A DNA stretch of 64,000 nt, taken from Clostridia bacterium (GTDB taxonomy: Bacteria; Bacillota; Clostridia; JAAYHZ01). Below are positions 29,025-39,581 of this stretch, in pieces. The DNA lies in assembly GCA_050950825.1 (NCBI GenBank), contig JBMNIH010000003.1:403851-467850 (forward strand), in the 5' to 3' direction. The notes beneath the pieces were generated by a model that searched no databases, was not told the origin of the DNA, and saw only the letters and a list, made by a program, of their open reading frames with translations. The translations under genes and the position numbers were made by a program. Numbering within the stretch: position 1 is the stretch's first letter; each line of letters opens with the position of its first letter.

Positions 29025-29534
29025 TCATTTTTTGAAAAAAATTATTCTGAATTTTCGAAGAACTTTAAATAAATCAAATTCCACTTTTCTCGCCGCTTTC
29101 CCGGATAGAACGGACAAGACTTTGAAAATACCGTTTAAAATTTTGGCAATAAAAAACCAAGCCAATACAAGAGGTTTGGTCAAAACCTTGAAAACGGCGA
29201 TGAAGACTCTTTTTACCGTAAGGACAAGGGGCACGGAAAAATCCATTACGGCTTTGCTGAATAAAAGGGAATACAAAACAAGACCGGTGAATATGCCTAA
29301 GGCCAAATACCCGCGAAACTCTCCGTAGTGGACAGCATATACCGTGACGGGTACAAGGACGGCGCAAATCAGCCAAAACAACAAATCCTCGATATGAACA
29401 AAAAAACCCGCCAACTTAAAAGCCCGTCTTCGGATGCGAAACAAATCGTACAGAAAGGAAATGATCATTCCCAAGGCAATAAAAATTAAAAAGACCGTCA
29501 ACTGTTCGGTGGCGCTGAAAAGAACACCTTTCAT
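29025..29534 (-). CDS. yabQ: Spore cortex biosynthesis protein YabQ
   Basis: YDLFRIRRR, EDLLFW, GEFRGY; follows yabP. Confidence 0.9.
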   Translation of the reverse strand: MKGVLFSATEQLTVFLIFIALGMIISFLYDLFRIRRRAFKLAGFFVHIEDLLFWLICAVLVPVTVYAVHYGEFRGYLALGIFTGLVLYSLLFSKAVMDFSVPLVLTVKRVFIAVFKVLTKPLVLAWFFIAKILNGIFKVLSVLSGKAARKVEFDLFKVLRKFRIIFFKK

Positions 29535-29540
29535 ACCGAT

Positions 29541-29825
29541 TTATTTACCCCACACGCTTTTGGGCTTTTTCTTTACGGATTTGTCATCGTAGACAAGGGC
29601 GGTAATATCACCTTCAATGGTCAGCTTTTTGTTCTCCACGTCCAGCTTGACGATCCTTAAGGAGGATCCTCGGATTTCCATATAGCCGAACTCGGTGGAA
29701 AGCAGTATGTAGTCCTCGTTAAAATGGTCCACATCGACCACTCCGGTCATATCCACCTTTTTTCGGTTACTCAATATTAAATTATGGGATCCTCTCGTTT
29801 CATTGACGGTTTTCGGATCAGCCAC
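29541..29825 (-). CDS. yabP: Sporulation protein YabP
   Basis: HNLILSNRKK..MTGVVDVDHFNE, IRGSSLRIVKLD, IEGDI. Confidence 0.9.
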   Translation of the reverse strand: MADPKTVNETRGSHNLILSNRKKVDMTGVVDVDHFNEDYILLSTEFGYMEIRGSSLRIVKLDVENKKLTIEGDITALVYDDKSVKKKPKSVWGK

Positions 29826-29894
29826 GACAATCTCCCTCCCCTATATTAATACCGGTACGGTATTAAATATATATGAGAGGAAACCGCCGTTCAT

Positions 29895-30137
29895 TCATGA
29901 AATGATCTCGTACATTTCTTTGGATTCGTTTTTCTTTACATTCTCGGCTACATACAGAATTTTCGCTTTTACCGTTTTGTCACCGAAGGTGATTTCCAAT
30001 ATGTCTCCTTCTTTGACCGGGGTAGAAGGCTTCGCCGTTTTGCCGTTCAGCGTAACTCTGCCGTTGTCGCAGGCTTCGTTGGCTACCGTCCTTCTTTTAA
30101 TAATCCTTGACACTTTAAGAAACTTATCCAATCTCAT
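29895..30137 (-). CDS. yabO: S4-domain RNA-binding protein YabO/RqcP
   Basis: MRLDKFLKVSRIIKRRTVANEAC. Confidence 0.95.
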   Translation of the reverse strand: MRLDKFLKVSRIIKRRTVANEACDNGRVTLNGKTAKPSTPVKEGDILEITFGDKTVKAKILYVAENVKKNESKEMYEIIS

Positions 30138-30139
30138 TT

Positions 30140-30826
30140 TTACTCATTCTCTCCTTTTTGAGAAAACCCGTTTACAAACCTCTTTACGGTTTTGCTCACG
30201 GCAATTTCCGGATCAATTTTAAAGAAGCGGCATACGTTGACGACGGAAAAGAGCAATTCTCCAAACAATTGCTCAAGGTCGGCCTTATTCGTATGATCGA
30301 TCCCTTCCTTCAACCGGTTCGATTTTTCTTCCCACAAAGCAACGGCTTCGGAAAGATTTTTGCTGCCGTATCCCGCCGAGGCGGCTTTTTCTTGCACCTT
30401 GAAGCTTTTCATCAGCCCGGGAAAGGATGCGGGAACAGCTTCCATGGCTTCGGATAAGGATCGATTTCCTTTTTCGGTTTCTTTGTTCTTTCGCCACAGC
30501 TTTAAAACTTCCTCCGCGTTTTCAGCCGTATCGTTGCCGAATATATGGGAGTGGCGCGATACGAGCTTGTCGCAGATCCTTTTTTCCACCTGCTCGTAAT
30601 CAAATCGGTTCTCTTCTTGGGCGATGACGCAGTGAAAGGCAATTTGCAAAAGCAAATCTCCCAATTCTTCGCACAATGCGGAATCGTCTTTTGACTCGAT
30701 GGCATCCACGACTTCGTAAGCTTCTTCTATTACATTGGTCCTTAAGCTTTCGTGGGTTTGCTCGCGATCCCAAGGACAGCCGTTAGGACCTCTCAACCTT
30801 TTCATGATCTTTAATAAATCTTCCAT
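30140..30826 (-). CDS. mazG: MazG nucleoside triphosphate pyrophosphohydrolase (short YabN-like)
   Basis: LRGPNGCPWDREQTHESL, EEAYEV, EELGDLLLQ. Confidence 0.9.
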   Translation of the reverse strand: MEDLLKIMKRLRGPNGCPWDREQTHESLRTNVIEEAYEVVDAIESKDDSALCEELGDLLLQIAFHCVIAQEENRFDYEQVEKRICDKLVSRHSHIFGNDTAENAEEVLKLWRKNKETEKGNRSLSEAMEAVPASFPGLMKSFKVQEKAASAGYGSKNLSEAVALWEEKSNRLKEGIDHTNKADLEQLFGELLFSVVNVCRFFKIDPEIAVSKTVKRFVNGFSQKGENE

Positions 30827-30847
30827 CCTATGCCTCCCGGTTTTCTG

Positions 30848-31705
30848 TTACTCATTCATCCTTCCGGAAACAACCCTTTCGATACCGTTATAATCCTTTG
30901 TGATTTCCAAGAAAGTAAAGCCCTCCTCTTCCATGATACGGTAAACGGATCTTGCTTGGTCGTATCCCGTCTCAAATAGCAAAAAGCCGCCGTCGTTTAA
31001 AAAACTTTTTGCTTCCTTTGCAATTCTTCGATAAAAAGCCAAGCCTTCCTCGTCGGCTACCAAAGCAAGGACCGGCTCATGGCACCTTACTTCCTTTTGC
31101 AGGGTCAAAAATTCCGAAGGTTTTATGTAGGGCGGATTGGAGACAATCATGTCGTACTTATCGGACAAGCCGGAAAAAAGATCCGATTCGATGAATCGAA
31201 CACGCTTTTCCGCTCCGTTTAATAAAGCGTTTTTTCGAGCAACCGCCAGAGCCTCCTTGCTGATATCCGTTGCATCCACCGTACAAGCGGGATTTAACAA
31301 AGCGATGCTTACCGCAATGCATCCGCTCCCTGTCCCTATATCCAAAACCTTGGCTTTCGGATTGTCTTTCAAAAAATCCAAAGCCTTTTGAACCAAAACC
31401 TCCGTATCCTGCCTTGGGATTAAAACGTTTTCGTCCACATAAAACTCAAAATCCATAAAATAGGCTTTACGTGTCAAATACCGGGAAGGCACCCCTTCCT
31501 TTCTTTTCTCCGTCAAAGCCATGGCTTTTTGAACGTCCTCTTCGCTTACCGGTTTTTCCGGCTTCATATATACAAAAAAGGGCTCTTCCTTTAAAACGTA
31601 AGACAAAAGGATCCGGCTTTCCAAATCGAAATCCTCGATCCCCGAAGCCTTCAATTGATTCTTCATGTATCGATACAATTGGGCTGCGGTCTTGATCTCT
31701 TCCAT
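30848..31705 (-). CDS. prmC: Release factor glutamine methyltransferase
   Basis: VLIPRQDTE, DIGTGSGCIA, SNPPYI; TAATG overlap with upstream gene. Confidence 0.95.
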   Translation of the reverse strand: MEEIKTAAQLYRYMKNQLKASGIEDFDLESRILLSYVLKEEPFFVYMKPEKPVSEEDVQKAMALTEKRKEGVPSRYLTRKAYFMDFEFYVDENVLIPRQDTEVLVQKALDFLKDNPKAKVLDIGTGSGCIAVSIALLNPACTVDATDISKEALAVARKNALLNGAEKRVRFIESDLFSGLSDKYDMIVSNPPYIKPSEFLTLQKEVRCHEPVLALVADEEGLAFYRRIAKEAKSFLNDGGFLLFETGYDQARSVYRIMEEEGFTFLEITKDYNGIERVVSGRMNE

Positions 31706-32664
31706 TACCACTTATCCTCGTCCCCGTCGGTTTTTACCTTGTTAAACGCCGTGATGGCCACTTCCAGCATGGAATCGTCCGGCTCATCGGTGGTAAACCT
31801 TTGCAAAAACATTCCCGGAGCACTGACGATGCGTGTAAGCAAGTTGTCGTATTTTCCGGCAAGTCTTAAAAGCTCGTAAGAGAGGCCGGCTACCAAAGGA
31901 ATCAAGGCAATACGAACCGCCATATTTAAGAGTCTGGAATGCCATCCTACAAGAGAAAACAAAAGGATGCTTACGATCATCACGATAAACAAAAAGGAGG
32001 TTCCGCATCGGGGATTGTGCGTTGACATCTTCCGAGCATTTTCGACGGTGATTTCCAATCCGGCTTCGTAACAATTAATGGTTTTGTGTTCCGCTCCGTG
32101 ATACTTCCACACCCTTTGTATATCCTCCAGCTTGGTGGCCAATATGATGTACGCAAAGAAGATGGTGATACGCAGCACGCCTTCAATAATATTATTCAAA
32201 ACGTTGCTTTTAATACCCAAAAAGCCGGTTAACAGGTTGGGCAGCAGTATGAACAAACCGACGGAAAGGCAAACGGACAAAAACACGGCAAAATAGATGG
32301 CCGCATCCTTCGCTTTGTCTCCCAATTTATCTTCCAAAAACTTTTCGAATTTCGAGGGTTCTTCCTCAATGTCCTCTTCGATATCCACAAAATCCGCGGA
32401 AAACATCAAGGACTTGATTCCCAAAACCATCTGGCGTATTAAATTGTATCCCCCTCGGACAACGGGAATTTTCGTCCACACGGTTTTTTTAGGCATGGGC
32501 TTTACCGAAACTTCCATTCCTCCGTCCGGTTTTCGAACCACAACAGCGTATTTTTTCGGCCCGATCATCATGATACCTTCGATTAAGGCCATTCCCCCTA
32601 TGGAAGTCTTTTTTACAACACAGCTTTCTTCTTTCTTTTGTAATTGATCCGAAGATGTCATCAT
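31705..32664 (-). CDS. DUF1385 domain membrane protein (YqhQ-like)
   Basis: IGGMALIEGIMM, YHGAEHKTI, PRCGTSF, TTDEPD; sits between rpmE and prmC. Confidence 0.92.
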   Translation of the reverse strand: MMTSSDQLQKKEESCVVKKTSIGGMALIEGIMMIGPKKYAVVVRKPDGGMEVSVKPMPKKTVWTKIPVVRGGYNLIRQMVLGIKSLMFSADFVDIEEDIEEEPSKFEKFLEDKLGDKAKDAAIYFAVFLSVCLSVGLFILLPNLLTGFLGIKSNVLNNIIEGVLRITIFFAYIILATKLEDIQRVWKYHGAEHKTINCYEAGLEITVENARKMSTHNPRCGTSFLFIVMIVSILLFSLVGWHSRLLNMAVRIALIPLVAGLSYELLRLAGKYDNLLTRIVSAPGMFLQRFTTDEPDDSMLEVAITAFNKVKTDGDEDKW

Positions 32665-32731
32665 TCTTCTATTTTACCCTTTCGAATTTATTTCGATTTG
32701 CCGTTTTATTATATCACACAAAAATCAATGC

Positions 32732-32763
32732 AAAAAGAAAAAGCATCGTCATTCGAGATGCTT
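32732..32763 (-). terminator. Intrinsic terminator after rpmE
   Basis: AAGCATC-9nt-GATGCTT followed by a T-rich tract on the minus strand. Confidence 0.55.
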
Positions 32764-32797
32764 CATCTTTCATCCAATATATAAGCGCTTTGAAACC

Positions 32798-33001
32798 TTA
32801 TTTTTTAAATCCGTACTTTTTATTAAACTTATCAACCCGTCCGCCGGAATCCACAAGCTTTTGTTTTCCCGTAAAGAAAGGATGACATTTCGAACATATA
32901 TCCACTCTCAATTCTTCCACCGTGGAATTGGTTTCAAACTGTTCTCCGCAAGCACATTTGACGATTGTCTTTCCGTATTTCGGATGTATACCTTTTTTCA
33001 T
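32798..33001 (-). CDS. rpmE: 50S ribosomal protein L31 (Zn-binding type)
   Basis: [32 protein letters not shown]. Confidence 0.97.
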   Translation of the reverse strand: MKKGIHPKYGKTIVKCACGEQFETNSTVEELRVDICSKCHPFFTGKQKLVDSGGRVDKFNKKYGFKK

Positions 33002-33189
33002 AATCTATTTCACCTCTCTCACCTGAATAAAGGGACGAATCCCGTGAAAATCTCGTACATAAAGCCGGTTTATCCCGCATGGACATAAACCTTTTAAGCA
33101 AGCAAATAAGATGATAACATACTGCATGAAAATATGCAAGAGTTTCGTTTTGTAATTACTTAAGTTTTTACAAGGGTTTTTACAAGCAA

Positions 33190-34980
33190 TTACAAGGGCT
33201 TGTTGTTTTCTAAAAAGCTTTTATCAAACAAATTGGTATTGATGGATGACAAAAACTCGGCATTGTTCTTTGTTTTTTGCAATTTATTAAGCAAAAATTC
33301 GGTCACTTCGGCGGTCCCCAAATTGCTCATGGCCTTGCGAATGGTCCAAACGCTTTCCAATTCCTTCTTCGACAGCAGCAATTCTTCACGTCGGGTACCG
33401 GACTTGTTGACATCAATAGCCGGGAAAATACGTTTTTCGGACAATTTACGATCCAAATGAAGCTCCATATTACCGGTTCCTTTAAATTCTTCATATATAA
33501 CGTCGTCCATTCGGCTGCCGGTGTCCACCAATGCGGTGGCAATAACGGTCAAGCTTCCTCCGTTTTCGATGTTTCTCGCGGCACCGAAGAATCGCTTCGG
33601 ACTATGCAGCGCACCGGGGTCCAAGCCTCCGGACAAGGTCCTGCCGGTAGGAGGAATCGTCAAGTTGTAGGCTCGCGCCAATCTTGTAATACTGTCTAAA
33701 AGAATCACTACGTCTTTTTTATGCTCAACCAAACGCTCCGCTCTTTTCAGGACCATTTCCGCAACCTTAATGTGATTTTCAGGCAACTGATCGAATGTGG
33801 AATACAAGATTTCTCCTTGAATGGACCTTTGCATATCCGTCACTTCTTCCGGACGCTCGTCGATCAATAACACAATCAAGTGAACATCGCTGTAGTTTTT
33901 GGTTATGGAATTTGCAATCTTCTTTAAAAGCATGGTTTTACCGGCCTTCGGCGGAGATACGATCATACCGCGCTGGCCTTTTCCGATGGGAGCAATAATA
34001 TCGATTAAACGGGTAGACAAATCCTTGTCGTCCGTTTCCAACGTCAATCTTTCATTGGGGAAAATCGGTGTCAAATCCTTAAACGGAATTCGATTGATCG
34101 CCACTTCGGGGTCATCGCCGTTAACGGAAAGGACATGAAGTAACGCTTGGAATTTCTCGCCGGATTTCGGCGTCCTTCCTTTACCTACGATATAGTCTCC
34201 GGTTTTTAAATTCATTTTACGTATTTGAGACGGGGAAACATAGATATCGTTGGGGCCGGATAAATAATTGGCCGATCGTAAAAATCCGTAGCCGTCGGGC
34301 AATACCTCCAATACGCCTTCCACCTGTTCGTCGTCATCTTCGTATTTATCTTCGATTTGGTCCTTCTGGTCCTCTTCCGATTGGCGGCCGGCGTCGGCGT
34401 TTACCTTCTTGATTTTGTAATCGTTTTTCGCTTGCGGCTTGCCTTTTGATTTTCCTCGTTCAACGATATTCAAGGACTCTTCCGGCGCTTGAGGTATTCT
34501 TCCGCCGGTGACTCGTTTCATTTTGACGGGCGAATCCTCCGATTCTTGCGCCTCTTGCCGGTACAAGGAACCGGACAATTTTTCTCCGTGTACGGAAGTA
34601 TACGGTTCTTTTTTCTCTTCGACTTCTTTTTTCTCTTCGGATACGACTTCTTCCGTTTCCGCTTTCGGAACATCGGATTCGGTAATTTTCTTTTCTTCTT
34701 CTATGGTCTCGGGGGTTTGTTCAAGCCGGTCGGCTTCTTGCTCTTCCGGCTCTTGATCATCCACAATATCCGTTTCCGCGTCAATAAACGCCGTATCTTG
34801 GATCTGTTCATCCGACTCGGCTTCTTTTGCCTTCGCTTCCTCTTGATAGGTCTTCGCCTTTTCTAATATTTTGTCCACCAGCTCGTTTTTTCTGTATCGA
34901 GTAATACTTTTTATCTCCATCATTTTTGCAATATATCGCAAATCTTCAAGTTTCTTCTTTAACAAGTCACTTTTTTGCAT
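33190..34980 (-). CDS. rho: Transcription termination factor Rho with a long N-terminal insertion
   Basis: [44 protein letters not shown]. Confidence 0.97.
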   Translation of the reverse strand: MQKSDLLKKKLEDLRYIAKMMEIKSITRYRKNELVDKILEKAKTYQEEAKAKEAESDEQIQDTAFIDAETDIVDDQEPEEQEADRLEQTPETIEEEKKITESDVPKAETEEVVSEEKKEVEEKKEPYTSVHGEKLSGSLYRQEAQESEDSPVKMKRVTGGRIPQAPEESLNIVERGKSKGKPQAKNDYKIKKVNADAGRQSEEDQKDQIEDKYEDDDEQVEGVLEVLPDGYGFLRSANYLSGPNDIYVSPSQIRKMNLKTGDYIVGKGRTPKSGEKFQALLHVLSVNGDDPEVAINRIPFKDLTPIFPNERLTLETDDKDLSTRLIDIIAPIGKGQRGMIVSPPKAGKTMLLKKIANSITKNYSDVHLIVLLIDERPEEVTDMQRSIQGEILYSTFDQLPENHIKVAEMVLKRAERLVEHKKDVVILLDSITRLARAYNLTIPPTGRTLSGGLDPGALHSPKRFFGAARNIENGGSLTVIATALVDTGSRMDDVIYEEFKGTGNMELHLDRKLSEKRIFPAIDVNKSGTRREELLLSKKELESVWTIRKAMSNLGTAEVTEFLLNKLQKTKNNAEFLSSINTNLFDKSFLENNKPL

Positions 34981-35370
34981 ACGACACCACCTTAATCCGG
35001 TTTTTTTCTTTAATTTTTTGCTCTATCATGAAACTATACTTTGAAATTACAGCGTAAAAGTATGATTACAATAGCCAAGAATGAACGATATCCAATGTGA
35101 AGTCTTATAAGTACCTTTAAACGATTTTTAACGACAATCGCATTCACGAAAATCTTTTAGTTGTAAAATCGGGTATGGATTTTCTTATGGAGGTCAAACA
35201 TTTAGACGACTTCACAATGACTCTATCAATCAAAGGCAGCAAATTGCTCTAGATTCCCATTCATCAGTCCTATTGTATCATATGGATTGTCAATTGTACA
35301 TATACCAATTATACTATATTACCGAGAATTTATACAATTATCTAAAAATTTTCTTGGCTTTTTCTAAAAC

Positions 35371-36405
35371 TTATCCCCCTGCTTGTTTTAACCTGTAGCG
35401 CTCGATCTCCCAACCGTATATAAAGTTCTTTTGCTCTTGGGTCAATACCGAAAGACTTAAGTGCAATCGCTTAACGGTATCCAAAACGTAAAGATATGCC
35501 GCTAACGTATCTTCAATACCGGATGCTTCTCGTTCTCCTGCATTATACAGTACCTTTCCGTTTTGTTCAACCGATATTTTTCCGGTATTGAGCGCAAATG
35601 CTTTATTCAAATACACCAATTGGTCCGGGTATAAAGCGTATCGATCCAAGAATTCAAAATTGGCTTTCGAAGAATCAAACAATGAAAGGACAATTTCCCC
35701 CGTGCTTTCATAGACGTTGTCATCCGTTTTTCGTATTCCGGGCGTCGGATAGGGCTGCGGCAGACCGAAATATTCAATGATTCGACGGTTCACCTGAAGG
35801 TGAAGATCTATACAGGCGTCCGGTGTCGCTTCGGAAACAATCAATCCGTGGTTTTGCATGAAAATGACTTTCGGGAAAATACCGGTTTTGTCCAACCTCT
35901 CCCGGATCCCTTTCCTTATTTCCCAAGAAAGAGTAAAGCCCGGATTCACATAGGGAACCCAAAGGAACAGCTCCGAAGGAAAAATTTCGGACGCAAGGGA
36001 TTCTCCTTCCTTCGAGCAGCAAAGAATGTTGGCATAAACCGAATGAGAGTGGATTACCACCTTATCTAAAAAAGAATGAAAAGGAGCCTCAACGGAAGGG
36101 CGCATTTTTTCGAGTCCCGGAATATCCGTAATATTCCGGTTAACAAAAGATACCATGTCGCTTTCGTAATCGATACCCGACGAAAAATCCACCTTGTCAA
36201 AATAGTCGAGTATGGCTTTCCGGTTCACAACGACAAAGCCTTTGCTCGGCGTCATTTCGTTTAACCGTAAGCCGCTGGCCTTGATGGCCATGAATTCATC
36301 CCCGAACTTAACGGAGGTGTTGCCGCCTCCGCTTTGAATCAAATCCGGTTCTTTACCTACCGCAACCGATATGCGGGCTAAATCTTCAAAATGTTCGGAA
36401 TACAT
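35371..36405 (-). CDS. Class II aldolase/adducin family protein
   Basis: GGGNTSVK, IKASG, RPSVE, HSH, NHG Zn motifs. Confidence 0.88.
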   Translation of the reverse strand: MYSEHFEDLARISVAVGKEPDLIQSGGGNTSVKFGDEFMAIKASGLRLNEMTPSKGFVVVNRKAILDYFDKVDFSSGIDYESDMVSFVNRNITDIPGLEKMRPSVEAPFHSFLDKVVIHSHSVYANILCCSKEGESLASEIFPSELFLWVPYVNPGFTLSWEIRKGIRERLDKTGIFPKVIFMQNHGLIVSEATPDACIDLHLQVNRRIIEYFGLPQPYPTPGIRKTDDNVYESTGEIVLSLFDSSKANFEFLDRYALYPDQLVYLNKAFALNTGKISVEQNGKVLYNAGEREASGIEDTLAAYLYVLDTVKRLHLSLSVLTQEQKNFIYGWEIERYRLKQAGG

Positions 36406-36420
36406 ACATTCTATCCTTCC

Positions 36421-36792
36421 TTACAAGGGATACGCGATGGTCGTCATGAGAGCCATTTCCGCCTGGGTGGTATCCATACGGCTGTATTGGACCACAATCT
36501 CTACGTTGCTTTCCACCAAAATAGCGTAAGGTACTCCTCTCGGGACGCCTATGCCTTCTTCGTTTCGAATTTTATCCATACGGATATGGTTCGTCCGTTC
36601 CGCTTTGCAAACGGCCTTGAAACCGCCCATCTTTTCCCGGTCCTCAAAATACAGGGTCATGGTGATTTCGGCATCCTGATCGCTCGTATTCAACACGCAA
36701 ACGGCGTCATGACTGTGAAACTTTCCGCTGCTTTCTTTCGGATAATACGCATCCGGAATGAGCCAAACCTTGCTTCCAATTTTCTTATCCAT
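36421..36792 (-). CDS. Sensory rhodopsin transducer (ASRT) family protein
   Basis: G.KVWLIPDAYYP, SHDAVCVLN, AERTNHIR, VVQYSRMDTTQ. Confidence 0.9.
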   Translation of the reverse strand: MDKKIGSKVWLIPDAYYPKESSGKFHSHDAVCVLNTSDQDAEITMTLYFEDREKMGGFKAVCKAERTNHIRMDKIRNEEGIGVPRGVPYAILVESNVEIVVQYSRMDTTQAEMALMTTIAYPL

Positions 36793-36795
36793 CTT

Positions 36796-38280
36796 TTAAG
36801 CCTCCTTGTCTAAACCGGTAACTTTTAAAAATGTATCGTATGCATCATCCCAAGCTTGGGTATCGATAGGTTCCATAATTTTCGGTTCAAAAGAGCGGCG
36901 AATCAACTCTCTTGCTTGAGGAATGTCCTTTAATTCTCCCAAACAAATCAGCTGTCCCGCTATGTTCCCCGCGGAAGTGGCCTCAACCGGTCCTGCGATT
37001 ACCGGTTTTCCTATGGCGGATGCGGTAAAGCGTAAGAGCAAATCGTTTTTGCTTCCTCCTCCCACCACATGAAGCTCTTCAAAGGTGACACCACGGATCT
37101 TTTCCAATGCCGTTATGGCGTATCGGTATTTCATGGCCAAGCTTTCCAAAATACAGCGGGTAATCTGTCCTCGGGTTTCGGGAATTTTCTGCCCGGTGTT
37201 TTTGCAATACTCTCGGATGCGAGAAGGCATATCGCCGGGTTCGTAGAATACACCGTCGTCCGGATCGATAAATGCCAAGAAAGCTTCCGCTTCCTCCGCC
37301 CATTTATCCAGCCGGTCGTATTGAATGGGACCTGTTTCCAATTCCCATTGGCGTTTGCTTTCTTGCAAAATCCACAATCCCATAATGTTTTTTAACAATC
37401 GAATCCTGCCGCCAAAGCCCCCCTCGTTGGTGTAGTTTAAGCGGAAGGTATGTTCATTGATCACCGGCTCCGGACATTCGGTGCCCAACAGCGACCACGT
37501 TCCGGAACTGATATACGCAAAGTCCTTTTTGGAAGACGGTACCGCCAAAACGGCGCTTGCCGTATCGTGTCCGGCGGTTGCAATGATTTTCACGTCTCGT
37601 AAGCCGGTGGCTTGGCACATGTCTTTCGTCAGTTTTCCCGCCGGGGTACCGGAAGGAACCGGATCTTTTAATAAATCGTCTCGAATGTTCAGTTTCTTTA
37701 ATATGGCCTTGTCCCATTCCTTGGTTCGTGCATTGAGCAATTGAGACGTACTGGCGATAGAATATTCACAGAGCATTTCACCGGATAAGTAATAGTTGAA
37801 TAAATCCGGCATAAATAACAGGGTATCGGCAAGGTCCAAAAGCTCCTTTTGGATTTTGCTTAATGCCAGCAGCTGGTACACCGTATTCAGCTTCATAAAT
37901 TGAATGCCGGTGCTGTTGTAAAATTCTTCATCGCTGACGTACTTTGCCGCTTCCTCCTGCATACCGTCCGTTCTTTTATCCCTGTAGTGCACCGGATTGG
38001 CGATGAGTTGGCCGTTTTTGTCCAAAAGCCCGAAGTCCACTCCCCAAGTATCGGAGGAGGCGGAGGCCAGGTCCTGATGTCCTTCTTGATAGCACCTTAT
38101 CAAGGTGTGTTTCATTTCGTTCATCAGCCTTAATATATCCCAATACAAGGTTCCGTTAAACATGACGGGATCGTTTGAGAAACGATGGATTTCGCGGAGT
38201 GAAATTTTTTCCCCGTCAAATTCCGACAAAATGGCTTTGCCGCTGCTTGCTCCAAAATCAAAAGCCAAGGATTTTAACAT
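36796..38280 (-). CDS. Rhamnulokinase-like FGGY sugar kinase
   Basis: DFGASSG, DTWGVDF, YRDKRT, GHDTASA, SSGTWSL, KNIMGLW, GPVEAT. Confidence 0.9.
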   Translation of the reverse strand: MLKSLAFDFGASSGKAILSEFDGEKISLREIHRFSNDPVMFNGTLYWDILRLMNEMKHTLIRCYQEGHQDLASASSDTWGVDFGLLDKNGQLIANPVHYRDKRTDGMQEEAAKYVSDEEFYNSTGIQFMKLNTVYQLLALSKIQKELLDLADTLLFMPDLFNYYLSGEMLCEYSIASTSQLLNARTKEWDKAILKKLNIRDDLLKDPVPSGTPAGKLTKDMCQATGLRDVKIIATAGHDTASAVLAVPSSKKDFAYISSGTWSLLGTECPEPVINEHTFRLNYTNEGGFGGRIRLLKNIMGLWILQESKRQWELETGPIQYDRLDKWAEEAEAFLAFIDPDDGVFYEPGDMPSRIREYCKNTGQKIPETRGQITRCILESLAMKYRYAITALEKIRGVTFEELHVVGGGSKNDLLLRFTASAIGKPVIAGPVEATSAGNIAGQLICLGELKDIPQARELIRRSFEPKIMEPIDTQAWDDAYDTFLKVTGLDKEA

Positions 38281-39575
38281 AACGTACCTCCTTTTTTATG
38301 CCGGTCTAAAAATTGTCGGGCATACAATCGGATTCTTTGATTCAAATCAGGATATTTTGCTATTGTTTCGGTCGAAAAAAGAGCCAAGGTCCTGTCCTGT
38401 GCGGCTGCATATTCATGTTGAATCAAAGCATAGGTGGAATACACAAGATTTTGCAGCTCGGAGCTTCTCAAGGCTTCGCATATAAAGTTCTGTCTCGGCG
38501 AGTTAATATCCTCCCCGCTAATTTCCATAAAATCGAAGGCATTACACAAAATTTTTATTCTTTGAAGCTGCAAAGGAGTGTTTCGGGAGGGCATATATGT
38601 GACGGCACGAAATCCTAACCGTTTCAGCTCTCCGAACAATTCGTTCAAGTAATCGTCTTCAAACTTCTGCGCTTTCTTATCCCCGGTTATCGAATCGTAA
38701 ACGTCTCCAAGATAGGCATAAGCGGATATGGCACCGATTCGCTCGGCCAAATCGATGACGGCGGCAACGTCCGGGCATTCGTTTTCGTCCGCAGGTATAT
38801 AAAATTTTTCAACCAGATCGCTTTTTAAAGCTCCCAGCAAATCGTACGGGTAATAGGGATTGTCCGGATCTTCCAAATAGGCGGTGTTTTTGCGGCTGAC
38901 CGGAATTTTTAACGTGTCCGTTAAGAAACGAAGAGTATTTTTACCTCTCCCGTAAACGGAAAGGATTCTTTCGGATAGGGCAAACAATAGATGCCTTTCC
39001 GTAACGCTTCCCCCTTCACGAGCCTTCGATAAAGGAAGCACATCCTTGTCATAATCCAAAGGGCCTACATGCTTCGCCGTCAATTCATTAATTCTCTCCG
39101 TCATACGGCGGTTACGAATTTCCCGGTGTCGAGATACGGTCCGGCAGAATTGCTCCGCATCGGAAAGCCGGTCATAAGGAATACCGTGAAGGGCGATATA
39201 GGCGATATCGTCTTGGTCCGGATTGTTGATTCTCCTTCCGGAAACGGAGGTATTCTTCATACTGACCCGAAGCTCCACGCCGGAGGTTACCGGAAAATCC
39301 GCAATACGGCCGGCTTGTATAAACTCCTTTACCCCCGCAACGGAATCATGATCCATGATTCCGGCAGTACCCAGCCCGGCTCTTATGGCCATGGCAACAG
39401 CCTTTGTCGGCGAATACGGGGAAAAGGAATACCAGGTGTGAATATGATTGTTCACATCGGAAAAGGAGGTACTCGAAGAATTCAAGCTCTTGTTATCAAC
39501 CAGCATCTCCAATTCTTTTAAACGAACCTCTTGATTCGGATGATTCAATTGTTCAAATAGTCGCAAATTATCCAT
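38274..39575 (-). CDS. PHP domain protein
   Basis: NNHIHTWYSFSPYSP, MDHDS, GVE, ISGEDINSPRQ. Confidence 0.88.
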   Translation of the reverse strand: MDNLRLFEQLNHPNQEVRLKELEMLVDNKSLNSSSTSFSDVNNHIHTWYSFSPYSPTKAVAMAIRAGLGTAGIMDHDSVAGVKEFIQAGRIADFPVTSGVELRVSMKNTSVSGRRINNPDQDDIAYIALHGIPYDRLSDAEQFCRTVSRHREIRNRRMTERINELTAKHVGPLDYDKDVLPLSKAREGGSVTERHLLFALSERILSVYGRGKNTLRFLTDTLKIPVSRKNTAYLEDPDNPYYPYDLLGALKSDLVEKFYIPADENECPDVAAVIDLAERIGAISAYAYLGDVYDSITGDKKAQKFEDDYLNELFGELKRLGFRAVTYMPSRNTPLQLQRIKILCNAFDFMEISGEDINSPRQNFICEALRSSELQNLVYSTYALIQHEYAAAQDRTLALFSTETIAKYPDLNQRIRLYARQFLDRHKKGGTLC

Positions 39576-39581
39576 GACCTG

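Noticed and set aside
29843-29865. Palindrome TTAATACCG-GTA-CGGTATTAA upstream of yabP
   Set aside because: Could be a weak terminator or part of a sporulation promoter; cannot be assigned from sequence
33165-33200. Three TTACAAG copies at the rho stop
   Set aside because: Too short and irregular for a CRISPR or iteron array
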